A stretch of DNA of 64,000 nt from Lingula anatina. Its lineage: Eukaryota; Animalia; Brachiopoda. The stretch covers positions 36,896,401-36,960,400 of the forward strand of contig CM120641.1 in NCBI GenBank assembly GCA_051362555.1, given 5' to 3'. This document shows positions 15,001 through 28,879 of the stretch, in pieces. Numbering within the stretch: position 1 is the first letter of the stretch; every line of letters starts with the position of its first letter. Under the pieces are notes generated by a model. That model had not been told where the DNA came from, searched no databases, and was given only the letters and a program-made list of their open reading frames with translations. A program made the position numbers and the translations under genes.

Positions 15001-18000
15001 ATTGGAGGAGAATCCTGCACATCTTCCACTCTGACTATAATGGTCTGGATAAATGCATTTATACCATCCTGCAAGAAAAAAAAGACAAAATCTTATTAAA
15101 AAATATTGATCATTTATAAGTTAAATGCTTTTGAAAAGTATTTTTTTGGCTTTAATTAATTAAAGTATGGGGACTATAAGAACGCTGACATTACTTTTTA
15201 ATTACAACTCACAGAAATCCCACAAGTAAAGGATCTTTTATTTCTGCATATCAAAGGTTAAAAGATTTCTGTTATCATGTTTGAAAAGATGTAGACTTTA
15301 AGGAACACAACTTACAAAAGCTTGCAGAGGTATCTGATATATAGACTTCACTTCAAAATCTAGCTTCTGTTGCAGAACCATGTGACCCTTCCATAGCAAG
15401 TTATTTCCATCATCTTTCACCAACCTAATCATCTGGCAAGCTTCAGCATTCTGATAAAAATTGCATAATATAAGTTGATAATAGCTCATGTGGTGGTAAT
15501 AGTCATAATAATGCAGTCTATCCAGAAACTTCATTTTTTTGCAGGATATAAGCAGAATATCAAAAAGATTGTTAAGAATGTTAAACATAGAGATGCAATA
15601 AACCAAAATGTAATATCAGTGCAGAAATACTTAGTGGGTTGGTAGTAAAACAAGACTGACAAGAGGCCACTAGGTAACACTAGATTGCTACATCTGAGTA
15701 AAGAGGACTGTGGTTTAAAACTTAAGGAATTTCTTCATAACTTTTTTTCGAATATTTTATAAGTTTTACCTTTCATTTAAAGGATCATGTTAGTCTAGTT
15801 TTTGAACTAGGCTCAATTTCAGTATTCTTTGATAACTGGAGGTAAAAATATACCAGACCCTTACCCTGTCAGCCATACATGTCACATCCACCCTCTGGTT
15901 CACTCCATCATTATCTGTTACTGTGATGTTTATGTTAGGCACCACAGACCCAACTGCAGCATCCTATGTTGTAATACAAAGTTTAAATCATTGAAAAATA
16001 ACATACTAGAAAGGAAGATGATGATGAACAGTAACAAAAGCATGTTGTTCAATATTTAAAAAAATTTTAAGTGACTATTTTAATTCTGATAGCATTTAAA
16101 CGATGCCCTTCCAACCAAAAAAGATACACTAGGGCCTTCCCCTGTTTAAGCTCCACACCACGTGTAGATGGCATGCTGTGTAACAAATGTACACATATTC
16201 CACAGATGTACTAAATAATTTTTAAAGATCGCTAACCTCTATGTTCATGGCTGTATGACACTAGAATGAAATTAATATTATAATGATTATTATTTTAATT
16301 CAAGCTATATTTTACCTCTGGCACATCAGTTGCATATGTACTCTGTGAAAACCTTGGTGCTTCATCATTAACATCAATAATGTTAACCTTCATGCTCCTC
16401 TCAATCTATGAAAATGAAATGATGAAAACCAATAACAAATATTTTAAGAAAAAGCATCCTAAAATGATATAACCCCTATAAGACATAAATATGGACCCTT
16501 TCCTAAAAACATAACTTTAGGTCAAAACTAATTTTCAAAAACATTACTCAAACTCATGAAATATATATGCAACAAAAAGATATGATTGGATTATCCCCAA
16601 CCATTGAATGTATTTTCTACTGATGTGAAGAAGCAATATGCAATTTCCAAAGAATCATAAATGCTTATTCTTTGATGGTTATTTTCATTTTTCAGTAATA
16701 AGAGGATTAATCAACACTTACTTCATTTTCACCATCAGTCACAACAACAGTAACTTCAACATCATGATTAGACTGAAAAATATTCTTACACATCAGTTAT
16801 TTCATCAAGTTTTGTGCAGCAGAAATAAAATCAATTCATACATAAACTTGACAAAAAACTCAGCACTATTACAATATATTCCATTTTGAACTTTACCAAA
16901 TTGTTACTAGTTTCTGTAAATTGCTCTCATATATTTTATGTAAATAGCATATTAATAACAAAAAAATTATTAAAAAGGCAACCCTCTCTCACCCCCCCCC
17001 CCCCCCCCCAATCTCAGTTGCCATCCTAATTCAAGAGAACACATCAACAGGTCAGTGATCAAGGTTCTTTGGGGAAGGGTTAGAATGTCATACCTCTTAA
17101 GTAGAAATGTTCTGTCTATTTTAATAAGAAACAATTTAATTTTAACATTATTTTTTAATTGTAAATACAAACCTCATAATCAATTGGCTGAATTAGGTAT
17201 ACATCTCCAATCGTTGCAGAGCCAATAAGAAAATGATCTGCTTTCATGCTATAATACAGCTGAGCATTTTGGTCATCAGTAGCTAGTAATGTGTAAACTA
17301 GGGAATCTAAAAAAACACCAAATGAGTAAATTGGAAATATAAAACATTGGAATGTGAGAATCATAGTGATATAAGAAATTAAAAATTTCATAATAAATAA
17401 GACTTCAAAAAATATACCCTTGTACTCTGTCCAAATCCAATAATCAATTTCTTAACAAATAATTTAAATGTTTTTATCCAAAAGAATTTGCATCAAGGCA
17501 ATTTATTTATTGATTTAACATTACCCTCTTAGTAAAATTACTTTTTCTGATAACTGCTACATCACATGCATTTTAAACATAGACTTACCATTGCACCTGC
17601 CTGCCCTGGCATCATCAGGAGAAGAACAAAACTGTCTGTCCTCTCTAAGTTCTAAGTCACTCATATCCCTCACCCATTCTGGGGCATGATTTATTTGAAC
17701 CTGACCTGATTTTAAAATATAAAAAAACAGGTTTTATCAGTTTAATGTAGTTGTTGAAATTAAGCAATTTTTTGCTTCATTCATTATTTTTTCTTTTGCT
17801 GTATTGAATGATATTGTTCAAATGTTTTATGTGAAAATAAACATGCTTATGACAGCAAATTGTAATTATATTTTTAAAATGTGCAAAAAATTTATAAAGT
17901 GATGCAGTAGTTATTGTGACAGCAGGAAAAAAAAAAGATTCACATCAAGTTTCCTGAGGTTAAAGAGATAATGATCATTATCAGTAGAGGCTTAGTCATA

Positions 18001-19370
18001 TAAGAAGAAATCCAATCAAATCTGTATTTGGTTTATGACCTGATATGACTGAATTATAAGTGTAAAAGACCCTGATGCCAAAATATTACTGCAAATGTGT
18101 CCAGAGAGTAAATTTGATTAACACGAGTTAAGACAATAAAAATAAATAAGATTATTCCCAAATGTTTCTTTAAAAAAACTTGCTTTGCTTTAAAATGTCC
18201 TTTATTTTAAAAAAATTACAAAATAAACAACTGCTAGTAAGAGTATATTTTGATGTTTTTAGACAATAGATATGTTTTAAACGATTCATTACAAAACCTT
18301 GTTTTGCTTTTAAATGTCAAACATTTTAAGAAAACATAAACAATTACTCGAGTACATTATTTACTTCTCACAAACTGAAAAAAATTAAAAATTACACTTC
18401 ATTTGCAATTAAAATATTAAGGTTTTCATTTGTGTGAATTTAAGAACATTCGGTAAAAAAAATGGGAATCAACATTTTTGTCTTGAAGAGGATCTAATTA
18501 ATAGCTTTGCACTAACCATAACATATACAAAAGACAACGAAAGGAATAAAATATAAATCAAATGTAATAGTAACTGGTGGTTAGAAACATATATTGACTC
18601 ATCTAAAAATTGCTTTACACCCTGCTTACACCCATAGTCCTCATTTTCATGCAGATCACATCTTAATCACCAGCATGAATTTATGGCATTGCGTTCTGGG
18701 CAGGTTTGGCAATAAAGCTTGGGGAGTATAGAAAGAAGCATGCATGCTTCTAAAAAAAAAAAAGGGCCTTGAAGCCCTGAGATATAAACTGTTTGTATCA
18801 AAAACAAGTCAATCTAGTTATCCTTAGGCATATAAGGAAAATACACTTTAATTAAAAGAAGATACCTCAGTTTGCCTATCCTTGTCTATAGGCATGGGTG
18901 AATCATGTTAAGTGCTATGATATATGCATGCACCTGGGTGTAACTGAAGTCACACAAGGAAAGCTATTATTTTACCATGTCACATAAGCATTAACTCTGG
19001 CATGGCATTTTTTTACCATATCAGACTAAGACGCGTCTGAGGTGAAATGACATCAATCTATTTCCCGGCCAGTTTTTTTGCAATTCCCCTTTGTGGTATA
19101 AATATTTGATTTCTTTTTTGTAAGGACTGATACAATGTTTTAATTGTTCAGAAAACGTTTACATGTGAAACTGAGCATTTGTTATTCAAATTTATAAACA
19201 TGCAAAAAATAAATATAATGGACAGAAAATAGTACCTCTGATGAATAAACAATTCTAAACCTTTTCTATATTAATTTGTAAAGGAGAGATGAAGGAAAAA
19301 CTGTTTACTTACCATATATCACAGAAAGAGTTATCACAAATATATAAAATGATTTCTTCATGTCCTTCAT
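1..19370 (-). CDS. Cad87A: Cadherin-87A-like non-classical cadherin: signal peptide, 14 EC repeats, membrane-proximal domain, TM helix, Cys-rich then Gly/Ala-rich tail; multi-exon, 3' end beyond the left edge
   Basis: GT-AG exons join in frame. Start exon MKDMKKSFYIFVITLSVIY (ATG 19370). Cadherin linker motifs include DVNDEAPRF, DVQDSPPIF, DLNDNAPTF, DVNDNDPVF, DENDNPPVF, DINNHAPEF, DVNDKPPVF, NINDNKPIF, DVNDNDPIF, DVNDNPPSF and DTNDNGPIF. EC5 has the two-Cys loop VAPCAGKIGVAPCIDHE that I recall as typical of Cad87A. TM exon about 1600..1742 (WGALAGAIAALLALLLLLLLLLCCC). Tail exons 1330..1373, 651..684, 440..467 and 1..269. Confidence 0.9.
12729..12758 (-). other. Candidate 30-nt cassette microexon (VVVYDNEVVQ) in cadherin EC4
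   Basis: ttttcaag|GTTGTTGTGTATGACAATGAAGTTGTTCAG|gtaagt on the minus strand, with a long polypyrimidine tract. Phase 0/0, matching the flanking exons. Confidence 0.65.
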
Positions 19371-20648
19371 TAAGTATCAATGTTTCTGAAATGAAATAGA
19401 AACATCTAGATATATTGATCTAAATCATTTTTCTCCATTGTCATATAAAGCAAAGCTTGTTATAAAAAGCAGCACATAGAATGCTGCCAATCATTCTTTG
19501 CAAAATTAAAAAATGACAAAGACAACCTGAAATACCTATCAACCTACATACCACACAGAAATCTAAGGCATAACCAGTCAAATTCACCAAAATTCAGAAG
19601 GAAATGTATTGAAATATATCCCTTTCCTTATCAAACTTTCAGTGGTCGCTGTTTTATTTTGGAACTTATCCTGGTCTTTTTGGATATCTTTTCTTTATCT
19701 CCTTTGCTTTTATCAAACTTTTAGAGGTTTGTGTTTTATCTATTTTTGAATTCATTTTGGTTTTATTGTATATTCCTTATTTTATGTAAATTTTTATACT
19801 AACCTAGTTTATGTACAACTTCAACCTTGTAGTTGCTATGTATTAATAAACATTATTATTATTATTAATAAAAAAAAATGATATCTTATCTTGGAATCAG
19901 AAAAGGATGATGTGTTCTAGCCAAATGGCCTTATTTTTAATCCTTACCAAATAAGTACCTTTTGAGGCAATCAAAAATTTTAACAATGACTTTATTCAAA
20001 AAAAGTCCCATTAATTGATGGTCATTTACATGTAAATAAAAACTAGATTTAGCCACTGGAAAACCATGACATTATGTTTGTAAAATCCAAAATTTGCAGT
20101 TATGAATTTAAACAATAGCTATTAATTTATAAGAAAAAAAGATATTTTATACTAGTACTTAAATTATATTCTTATAATAATTTCTTTATAATAATTAAAT
20201 ATATTCTTATAATAACTTCAATCATTAAGATATAAAAATTCAATTCAGATAAAATACACAAATCTGACATAAAATATTTTTAAATGATTTTTTTTTACCT
20301 GTACACCTTTGGTATAAGTAATCCCTATAGCTGAACAAATTTATAAATTAGTATGATTCCACCCGCTGTTCACTAATTTTCTGCTTTGAATCTGAACAAT
20401 GTTTTCTTAACACTCTACTCCACTTCTCTTTGAAAAAAGTGTATATGTCAAGTAAGAGAATTAAGGTGTGTTTTAATAACCACCATCAATCTAAGTCTTA
20501 GTCAAAATGACTAAAGAAATGACCAAGACCATTTATTTTAACATGATGTTTTTTTTTTTCTACTTTGTAGAACATATAGCCAGAACATTAGGTGAATGTT
20601 GTCATTTTTTATTTATTTATTTATTATTTGTCAGGCTAAATGTTCATA

Positions 20649-20784
20649 GGTCATTGGGTGTTGGTAGACATATATGAACAATTCTTATTCAGGATAGTAA
20701 CTGGCAAATGACCTGGTTATACATGGGGGACAGCTGGTAATTAACTCTGGTCTCTATTCACATTTCTACCAACACCAAATGACC
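20649..20784. mobile_element. Short MITE-like inverted-repeat element
   Basis: ggtcattgggtgttggtaga at 20649 pairs with tctaccaacaccaaatgacc ending at 20784 (1 mismatch in 20). No clear TSD. Confidence 0.5.
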
Positions 20785-21752
20785 AGAGTACAAGGGTATA
20801 TTTTTTTAAGTTTTATTTGTTATGCTCTTGGGATAAGTGTTTCAGCTGTTTCACTTAATTTTCCATCGCAAAGAATGTGATTTATATCTCTAAAATCAGT
20901 TACTTATACAATTACTTGGAACCACGAACAATGTCATTGATAAAATACTTTGTCTTATAAGATTATTTTCAAAATACAATTAAAATGTAATGCAAGTACA
21001 TCTACTGACACATTATATCTTGTCAGGAATGTCTCGTTTACTTCTAAACATCTATTGTAACTATGACATTTTTATGCATTAAGAAAGCATTAATGTTCTT
21101 AAAGAGAACTAAAGAAATATTAAAAATCTTAATAGAATATCAAAAATAAAGAATTTATAAAAAACGAATTTATTTTTGAATTATCTGCATGCTTCCAAAC
21201 TTGCAGGCTCTATTTCAAGTTTTCAAGTTATCGTTTTTATATACATCTATTATTTTATCTTAATGGCAAACAGAAAAACTTTGACAATGTACAGTACATG
21301 TAAATGAGTTCAGAAGCTGACAGGACAACTGAAATGTGGGATCTATAAATCCAACATGACAAATAAATTCTTTGCTAGATGCACAAAAAAGTTCTACTCA
21401 CCAATCCCATCCACCATTAATGCTCCCCTGTCTAGAATACCTGCACCTCTTAAAGGTGGGCATATTATGTTTGCAGGTTGACACATAATGAATAAGCTGA
21501 ATGGAGTATTTATAGAAACTGTTGAACCGGTTCTCATGTGAAGATATATAGGTCAACTACGTTATCTAGGTCATCATAAACAGCAAGACAAGCTACTGGG
21601 AGGTACATATATTATTCAGAACAGTGTAAAAATCCAATTCATCCGAACAACATATATGGGGATATTATATCAGAAATTTGGCCGTGTCCAAAACATTATC
21701 TGATTATTTTATTTCGTAGCACTTATAAAGTACCGTCTTGGTTAAATACAAG

Positions 21753-24700
21753 ATGTCTGCCTCCGTGCAAGTATTATGTCCAAATGGTCGACGTCAAAAT
21801 GTCAAAATTACTCCAAATTCGAAACTCTTACAGGTATGACAATACTAGTGCCATTGCGTAGCTGAACGGGTGATCGACCTGATATATTAACACTAAACCT
21901 TGCCTCCAGGATACATGCTTAATTAAGAGATAAATTCGTTTCACTGCGTTCCACTATTCAACTATTGCTTTTAGTTTTAATTTCCTATGACTTCAATGCG
22001 TCAGGAAGTCCGTTTTCAGGCAGCATGATTATTGAATGTTAATGATCGAATTTTTAACATAATAGAGTTAAGATATGACCGTGATGAAATGCCAATGTTA
22101 TCGCCAAGGTCGTGCCCAAAGTCGCGTGAAACTTGTTCAGTGATTAAAAAAAGCTACTTTTTGTTTTCTGTAACAGGTGCTAGAAGAAGTATGCAAGAAG
22201 CAAGGGTTTTTGCCTCCAGAGGAGTATGAACTAAAGTAAGGGCATATCATATGAGTATAACATACTACACTAATGTATGAAGCATCTTATATGGTGTGAT
22301 CAATCTGAACAAATAAATCTTTTTCTAAAATCATTTTATTCTCAGCCCAAACATTTAGAATAAATGTTTGTCTCATACCACTGTTATCATCTTTCTTTTT
22401 GTCATACATATAGTCCAGTATATGTCAGTAAGTTTTCAAGCCAGCAACAGATTATGTATGCTGTCAATTGTTACACTTTCAACGTCATTGATGGTTCTTG
22501 TAAATAAGGAAATAAACAATGAAACCAAGTGAATGCCCTGTAACTATTTCTTTTCATTTTACATAGGCATGGAAGAAACACTCTAGATGTAGGCCTCTCC
22601 TTCAGATATTCTAACCTCCCTAATAATGCAAAACTAGAGTTGGTAAAAGCAGCCAAGGCCAGAACTGAAAGTACTGTGATTATTGCCCTACAACTTGAAA
22701 CTGGAGAAAGGCTGCAGCATGAGTTTGATCCTAGTGTCACTCTTTGGGAATTATTGCAATACTGGGAGAAAAAACCAGAGTATGTACCTTAGTTCACTTT
22801 ATTAGATTTGTTTATATAAGTATTAACAAACTTAATTTGCTGATCAGAATTGTACTAGGTTTATTGAAGTGCTCACATTGTATCTTTTGATGATACATGT
22901 CATTTATTAATTTCGCTTGTTTTTATCAACTTTAATTTGCATTTATTTTCTAGGGCCAAGCAGCAACAGCTAACCAGTATCAAAACAGAGGGAGATACAG
23001 AATTGCATCCAGTTTGTTTGTATATGAGAGAAGATGTAAGTCTTCCTCCTCTCCACCTTCTCAGTCTTTCTCTTTTTTTTCTTATAAAAGGTAATTACTG
23101 TAAGCCTTATTGCATCATTAGCATGCCACTGTATTAAAATGCCTTTTCCTATTAAGTAAATAAATATTCATTTTCATTTAGGTCATTGGAGAATTGGCCT
23201 TAAAAGCAACTTCATTGCGCAGTCTGGGTTTGACTGGTGGAAAAGCTATTATTAGGCAAGAAAACTTTTTTTGTTTCTTTTTATGATGCTTTTAAAGAAG
23301 ATAGGATACAGGGGTATCTTAAATGTTAATTTCTTTGTCAGTAGAAACTGATATCTAAAATATAAATGTTGATTGAATAATATTAGCATATCATTCAAAA
23401 GTGGTGTTCTGTAATATGTGCTCTGTTGGAGAATCTCTAAGCGTGATGTTTCTGTGCCATTACTGAACAACTTGAATTATTTAAATTGTTTATTAGGTGC
23501 TTGCACAGGCCCATTGACAGTGCCACATTGGAACAGATACGACAAAGATTAGAAAAGGAGCAAGTAAAGCAGGCCAAATTAGATGCACTGAATTACCAAC
23601 GACAAAAATCTGAAGAAGCAGAATTACCAAAGAAGCAAAATGCAATTCCCACAAGCACAGGGTCTAGTGAAACGTCAATGGACACTCAGTCTGCCGAGTC
23701 AATTGCTATGGACACAGAGTCAAGTGAAAACAGTGCATTTCAGAGCAGAAAGAGAGAAACAGAAATCTCACCTCCAGGAACATCACATAAAGAGTCCAAA
23801 CTTGAACAGGTTGTAGAGGCAATGGAGACTGACCAACAGCAGGCTCCCTCTAGTGATGTATCAACAGCTAGTACAGATAGTGTGGTTCTTAGTGGGGGTG
23901 TTCCCACTGGCATTCCTGGTGTGACCATGTTTAGACCTGGAGCTGGGGAGTTCTCAGCAGATCAGCAACAGGTACTCTCAGTAATACAGCCCTCATAAAT
24001 GATATTTCCTATTTGTGATCTCTAGCCAGAATTAAGGATTAAAACGGCAATTTCATGATGCGAACATGAAAATAGTAGACAAGAGCATCGCATAAAAGAG
24101 TGCTAACACTCTGGCCACCTTTTATCCAGGGCTCTTGCTGTTTATATGTGGGTTCTTTTTCTCAAACAACCTATTTTTGATATGGAAGTAATGTGCTCTC
24201 AGCAATTTCTAGCACAATGCCAAATGGGTAGGTTAGTGGATTAACAGTTTGCAATTTGCATAATGGTGATTACAACCGCTAGTTCTTATGTTTATGAGAT
24301 GGAATTGCGGTTGAATCGTTCATTTGGCTTTTTTATCACATCCCCAAAGCTGATGAATGGCTATTTTGTTTATTTGTAGGGCCTGTAATAATTGAGATCT
24401 GAATTTATGTCACATGAACATAACCCAAAATGTAATAACTTCAAGAATTTGAAAACATTCAAAATTTTAATTTATGGTGAAAATGGTACACTCCCATCAT
24501 AAACTACATTATCTATAATTATCATTCCAGTATATTATGGATGTTGCACAGTCTATTTTGGGTCAAATGACTGCTGGAAATGGGCCACAGCAACAACAGC
24601 CTTCACAAGGGAGAGGAGCCAGACCAAGACAAGTTCTCCAACCTACACCCAGTCCATTTGCTGACTTCAAGGTACAGTAGTATGTTTTATGTAAACTGTA

Positions 24701-27700
24701 GTATGTTTATTTAGCCCTGACTGAAAAGTCATATAAGTCCTGACTGAAGATTCATCTGATTAATTTCATAAATTTTTTTAAATGGAAAAAGCAAGCTGAG
24801 AAATCAATAGCAATTCCTAGTATATAACATGATTTATTAACATCTATAAACACACCTTTTTTTAAAAAATGATTAAAAGTTTTATATGATTTTTACAGTT
24901 TCCTGAAGAAACGAAAGGAAAGGAACTGTATAAAAATGAGCTTAGGTAAGAGTTGTCCAAAGGGTAAATGATAAATGTTAATAAATTCCATAATATTAAG
25001 AATTTTATATAACAGTGACGCCTGAATATATCTTTTGAGTGCTAGGAGAATTGATTTAGTCATCTCCCCTTATGTTTAATAATTAATTATAGTAAATATA
25101 ATTATTAAAATTTTTGTGAATTGCAAGAATTTTTTATGGATAAGCGAACTAAGTTAACATAAGTGTACTGATTATTTCAGTGAGGTGTCCTGTGAAGATT
25201 TCAAGGTAAGTATGACAAATATGTGGATTTTACAGGATCTTTGTTTAAATAAGTACAGGTTAAAAAAATGTTTACATAAAATATCCTATTGCTTTATTAA
25301 ACTCAAAAATTCCAAATTCTGTGAGTTAAGCATGCAGAAAAATATTAACTTGTATCATGATGAATTGGGGACCTTGGAGTTTATTAATGTCATCTGTTTG
25401 ATGCAATGCATTTGAACAATTGCTTTAAAAAAATACAGCTCATTATTGTTAATCTATTTCAGCCCTGTGATAGAGAGATAGTTGTCTATCGAGTTGATGA
25501 ACCAGTACCAATATCTCCTGAACAAGGTATGTTATATTGTCATTAAAATGTCAAGTACCAAACTGCAGCGTGAACCATGATCATTTATTTGTTCAGAGTT
25601 TAATTGGAAAGATCAAATTTCTAAAGCAGTTAGTTTTTGTGTTGTAATTGGACTAGTATTGTTTTCATGGATTAGTTTTCTTGTACAAACAAGTGCAAAA
25701 GCATATTGTTAGCCTTAATGGATGTATACTATTTATATATAAAAATTAACATTTTTTTACCTCAGAAGGTGACGTACCAGACAGCTTCTTTGAGGTGACA
25801 GAACATGATGTCAGAAGAATGATGAAAGATTTGCAGAAATCAGTGTGAGTTTATTGACTTGATGAAAAGAATTTATTTTATAATATACTGTTAAGTACAA
25901 AAGTTAACAGTACTTTTCCAATTTTTTTTACTGTCTACATTGTTATCATTCTAGGCTTAACCTGGTCTTATTTGTTTTAAATGGCCAGATATGCATTTTA
26001 AAAAGTAATTAGAAATGAATGAATCTGATTTTTTTATCTATTTCACTTGAAGAAAAATACTCAAACCAACCATGAAAATCTTACATGTGATAAACAGCCA
26101 ATTTCTTTGTTAACTTAAATTTAGGAAAGACATGTCAGACCAGCCTTTGATGACTCAAAGTATGAGGAAGGCCGAGTTGGAAGAAAAATTCTCGAAATAT
26201 GAAAGAGCTGTTGTTAGATTCCATTTTCCAGACAAGGTGGTCGTTCAAGCCTTGTTCAGACCACTGGAAACAGGTATGATATTCTGGTAATGTCATCACC
26301 TGGTGCTCAAAGGCACAAAATAGTGTAATTTTACTTTAATTATTATTTATGTAAACGTTAAATTTGAAATGTGTTTGAATTCATTTTATTTATCTTTGGT
26401 AGAATTTTGTGTCATTTGGTTTTAAGTTAATGATCATAATGTAATTGTGTTGTTACTTTCAGTGTTTGCCTTGACAAAATTTGTGAAGGAGCATCTTGAT
26501 GATAGGACCATGTCTTTCTACCTTTGTAAGTCAGATTTGCCCTATTTACATTTTTGGGATGTCATAGTGAGTAATTTTGAATAGAATTAAGCAGGTTTTT
26601 GGACAAGTATGTTGAATTGTTTGAAGGAGGAATAGATTAAAGTGAATGAAATCACTTCTTACAACTTACATACTTATTTGGGAAAATCTGTTCTGTTCAT
26701 GGGGTGGTGCATCATTTTATATATATATATTCATATCTCTGATGTTAATTTATCTGTGCAGTGTTCATCTTGTTAAAATGCTTAGTATTTTATTTTCAAC
26801 ACATCAGGCTCTTGTTACTAAGAAAGACCTTTTATCCTCTTAAGAACTGACTTGGTCCAATAGATAAAACTAAAATGTTTGATTTAATAATAACTATTTT
26901 TTTTATTTTAGATACTACACCACCAAAGACAGTTTTGAAAGACCCCAGCAATAACTTAATTGAGGCACGTGAAGCAAAATAATTTTACTTCCAAATGTCA
27001 TGTTTAACTAATCAACAAATTAAGTGGTAGCTAGAAAGTTATTGCTTCTACTTTGTCAGTCAGTATTTACAAAATATACATAGGTATGTAACAAATTTTC
27101 ATTGAGTTGAATGGTTATTTTGATATTTTCAGGCTGGATTAGTACCGGCATCTGTTGTGTATGTTGGCACAGAAAGTCAAAAAGGTAATGTGTAGATATA
27201 AATAAATTTGTTCTAAATACTCTGAAATTTTGACCTGCACAAAAATATACCTTCCTCTTATCCAAGGTCAATTTTAATGAATTTCCAGTCAATTAATTTA
27301 GCAGTCAAGTCAAAAGACATTTAATATGAAATTAACTCTTGCTTTTTTTCTTTTGTAGAGAAATATTTATCCGCACAAGTAATGTGCACCAAGTCCACTT
27401 TATTAGAAGCAGAAAAGACGGCAATGAACTGGTACGTGTTTAGATAATCATGGGGTTTTTACCAGGTCATAGCAAAGCATTGCTTCGAATTCCAACTAGG
27501 TGAACAAAACCACTACTAGAAAGCCACTTTGTACATGTTCATACAGGTCTACAAACTAGTGGGTACAACATTTTCTGTATCTGACGGTAAAAAGATCTGA
27601 TGAAGATCAATTAACTAACTGTCCGTTTCATTTAGTTTTTGTAATGGAAATGAAAAATATTTTAAAAAGAAACAAATGCCAAGACTTCAGTAAATGGTAT

Positions 27701-28179
27701 AAAATGCATTGCACAACATGCACTGTACCATGCAATCTTTAATACTTACACTTACAACTGGAGTTCTTTTTTCTTTCAGGCATTACAAACACACTGAGTC
27801 ACAACCTGGAGTTTCTGGTGCCAGCACATCTGGTGCAAGTGGTGGTGTCACAGCTGGTACAGGTGGTGCTAGTGGTACTGGGGCCAGCGGAAACGCAAGA
27901 TCTGCTGCTCCTACTGGAAGTGGAAACACAGGGGAAAAGAAAACGCCCAAATGGTTGAAAATTGGTAAGATTGTTAATTTTCTTCATCCTTTAGCAATCA
28001 TTGCATAAATCATTTTGAGGCAAAGTTTTAAAGTCTGCATTCCTTGGTAGTTTGGGAACACAATGTATCATAAACAGATATAAAAAACTTGCAGAAAATA
28101 ATTAAAAGATCATTTTTGTCTTGAATTTTTGTATCTTAATTGATCAAATCTTTTTCTGTCACCTACAGGAAAAAGTTGA
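21753..28179 (+). CDS. ASPSCR1: ASPSCR1/TUG/UBXN9 (tether containing UBX domain for GLUT4, p97 adaptor), about 18 coding exons
   Basis: Exon 21753..21833 encodes MSASVQVLCPNGRRQNVKITPNSKLLQ (UBL1). Later exons give VLEEVCKKQG, SNLPNNAKLELV, IALQLETGERL, SLGLTGGKAIIR, DVPDSFFEVTEHDVR, the UBX segment KYERAVVRFHFPDKVVVQALFRPLET..YTTPPK..AGLVPAS, and the C-terminus TPKWLKIGKS* (TGA 28177..28179). All resemble human TUG motifs as I recall them. Confidence 0.95.
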
Positions 28180-28655
28180 GTGGACAGAATTTTCTACATC
28201 AAACAAGCCATGGTGGTTGTGACAAAAGTTGCAACAAGGAAATACAAAGCTAATGAATTTATGGACATTCAGAACAGGAAATATTTTTGATAATACATCA
28301 AGTGCAACATTTGAAATAAAAAAAATGACTTTTTCTCTGGTCAGATCACTGAAAGTTAATGAAAGCTTTCTGACATTATGGATCTTCTTAAACTTATGAA
28401 CATCTGTCAGACTTCATTTGAAACACATGTTGAATTACACTGCAGGTTTTACAACAATGAATGCTTGTGTTTAAAATATATTTAAGCAAGTGTATTAAAA
28501 TATATTTAAGCAGCTGAATATTTTGTCACAATTTGTAAGAGATTTTTAAGATTGATCTAAACTACAAAGAGTTGGTAAAAATTGAAAAGTCATTTTGTTT
28601 GTATAATGCAACATTGAATTCTGCTTTTCCTGTAGATCAACTGCAATTATATGTT

Positions 28656-28669
28656 AATAAATATTTATT
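28656..28669. terminator. Palindromic bidirectional poly(A) signal candidate between convergent ASPSCR1 and QTGAL
   Basis: AATAAATATTTATT is self-complementary and gives AATAAA on both strands. It lies in the 700 bp between the two stop codons (28179 and 28880). Confidence 0.45.
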
Positions 28670-28879
28670 CATAAAATCAATCTTGTATGTAATACAAATG
28701 AGAAAATGCTCATACAATAAATTATACTCAAAATTGTCTTTTGCCATAAAACAGATACACTTGATATTCAATGTGTTTTTTTTACATGAAATGAGCTCTG
28801 TCTACATTCCTATTCATGCATAGTCTATGAAAAATTTACTAAGTCCATGAGACCAGCCTCTGGACTTAAATATGTTAAG

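Noticed and set aside
16991-17009. Poly-C run (G-run on the cadherin sense strand); similar G-run near 46903
   Set aside because: Simple homopolymers with no evidence of function; lengths are error-prone.
18625-18945. Possible inverted termini ttacaccca ... tgggtgtaa
   Set aside because: Only 9 bp match cleanly; too degenerate to call.
22081-22170. C/D snoRNA candidate (GTGATGA box) in ASPSCR1 intron 1
   Set aside because: No properly placed CTGA D box or terminal stem.
27780-27964. Gly/Ala/Ser/Thr-rich segment in ASPSCR1
   Set aside because: Ordinary low-complexity linker before the conserved PKWLK C-terminus.
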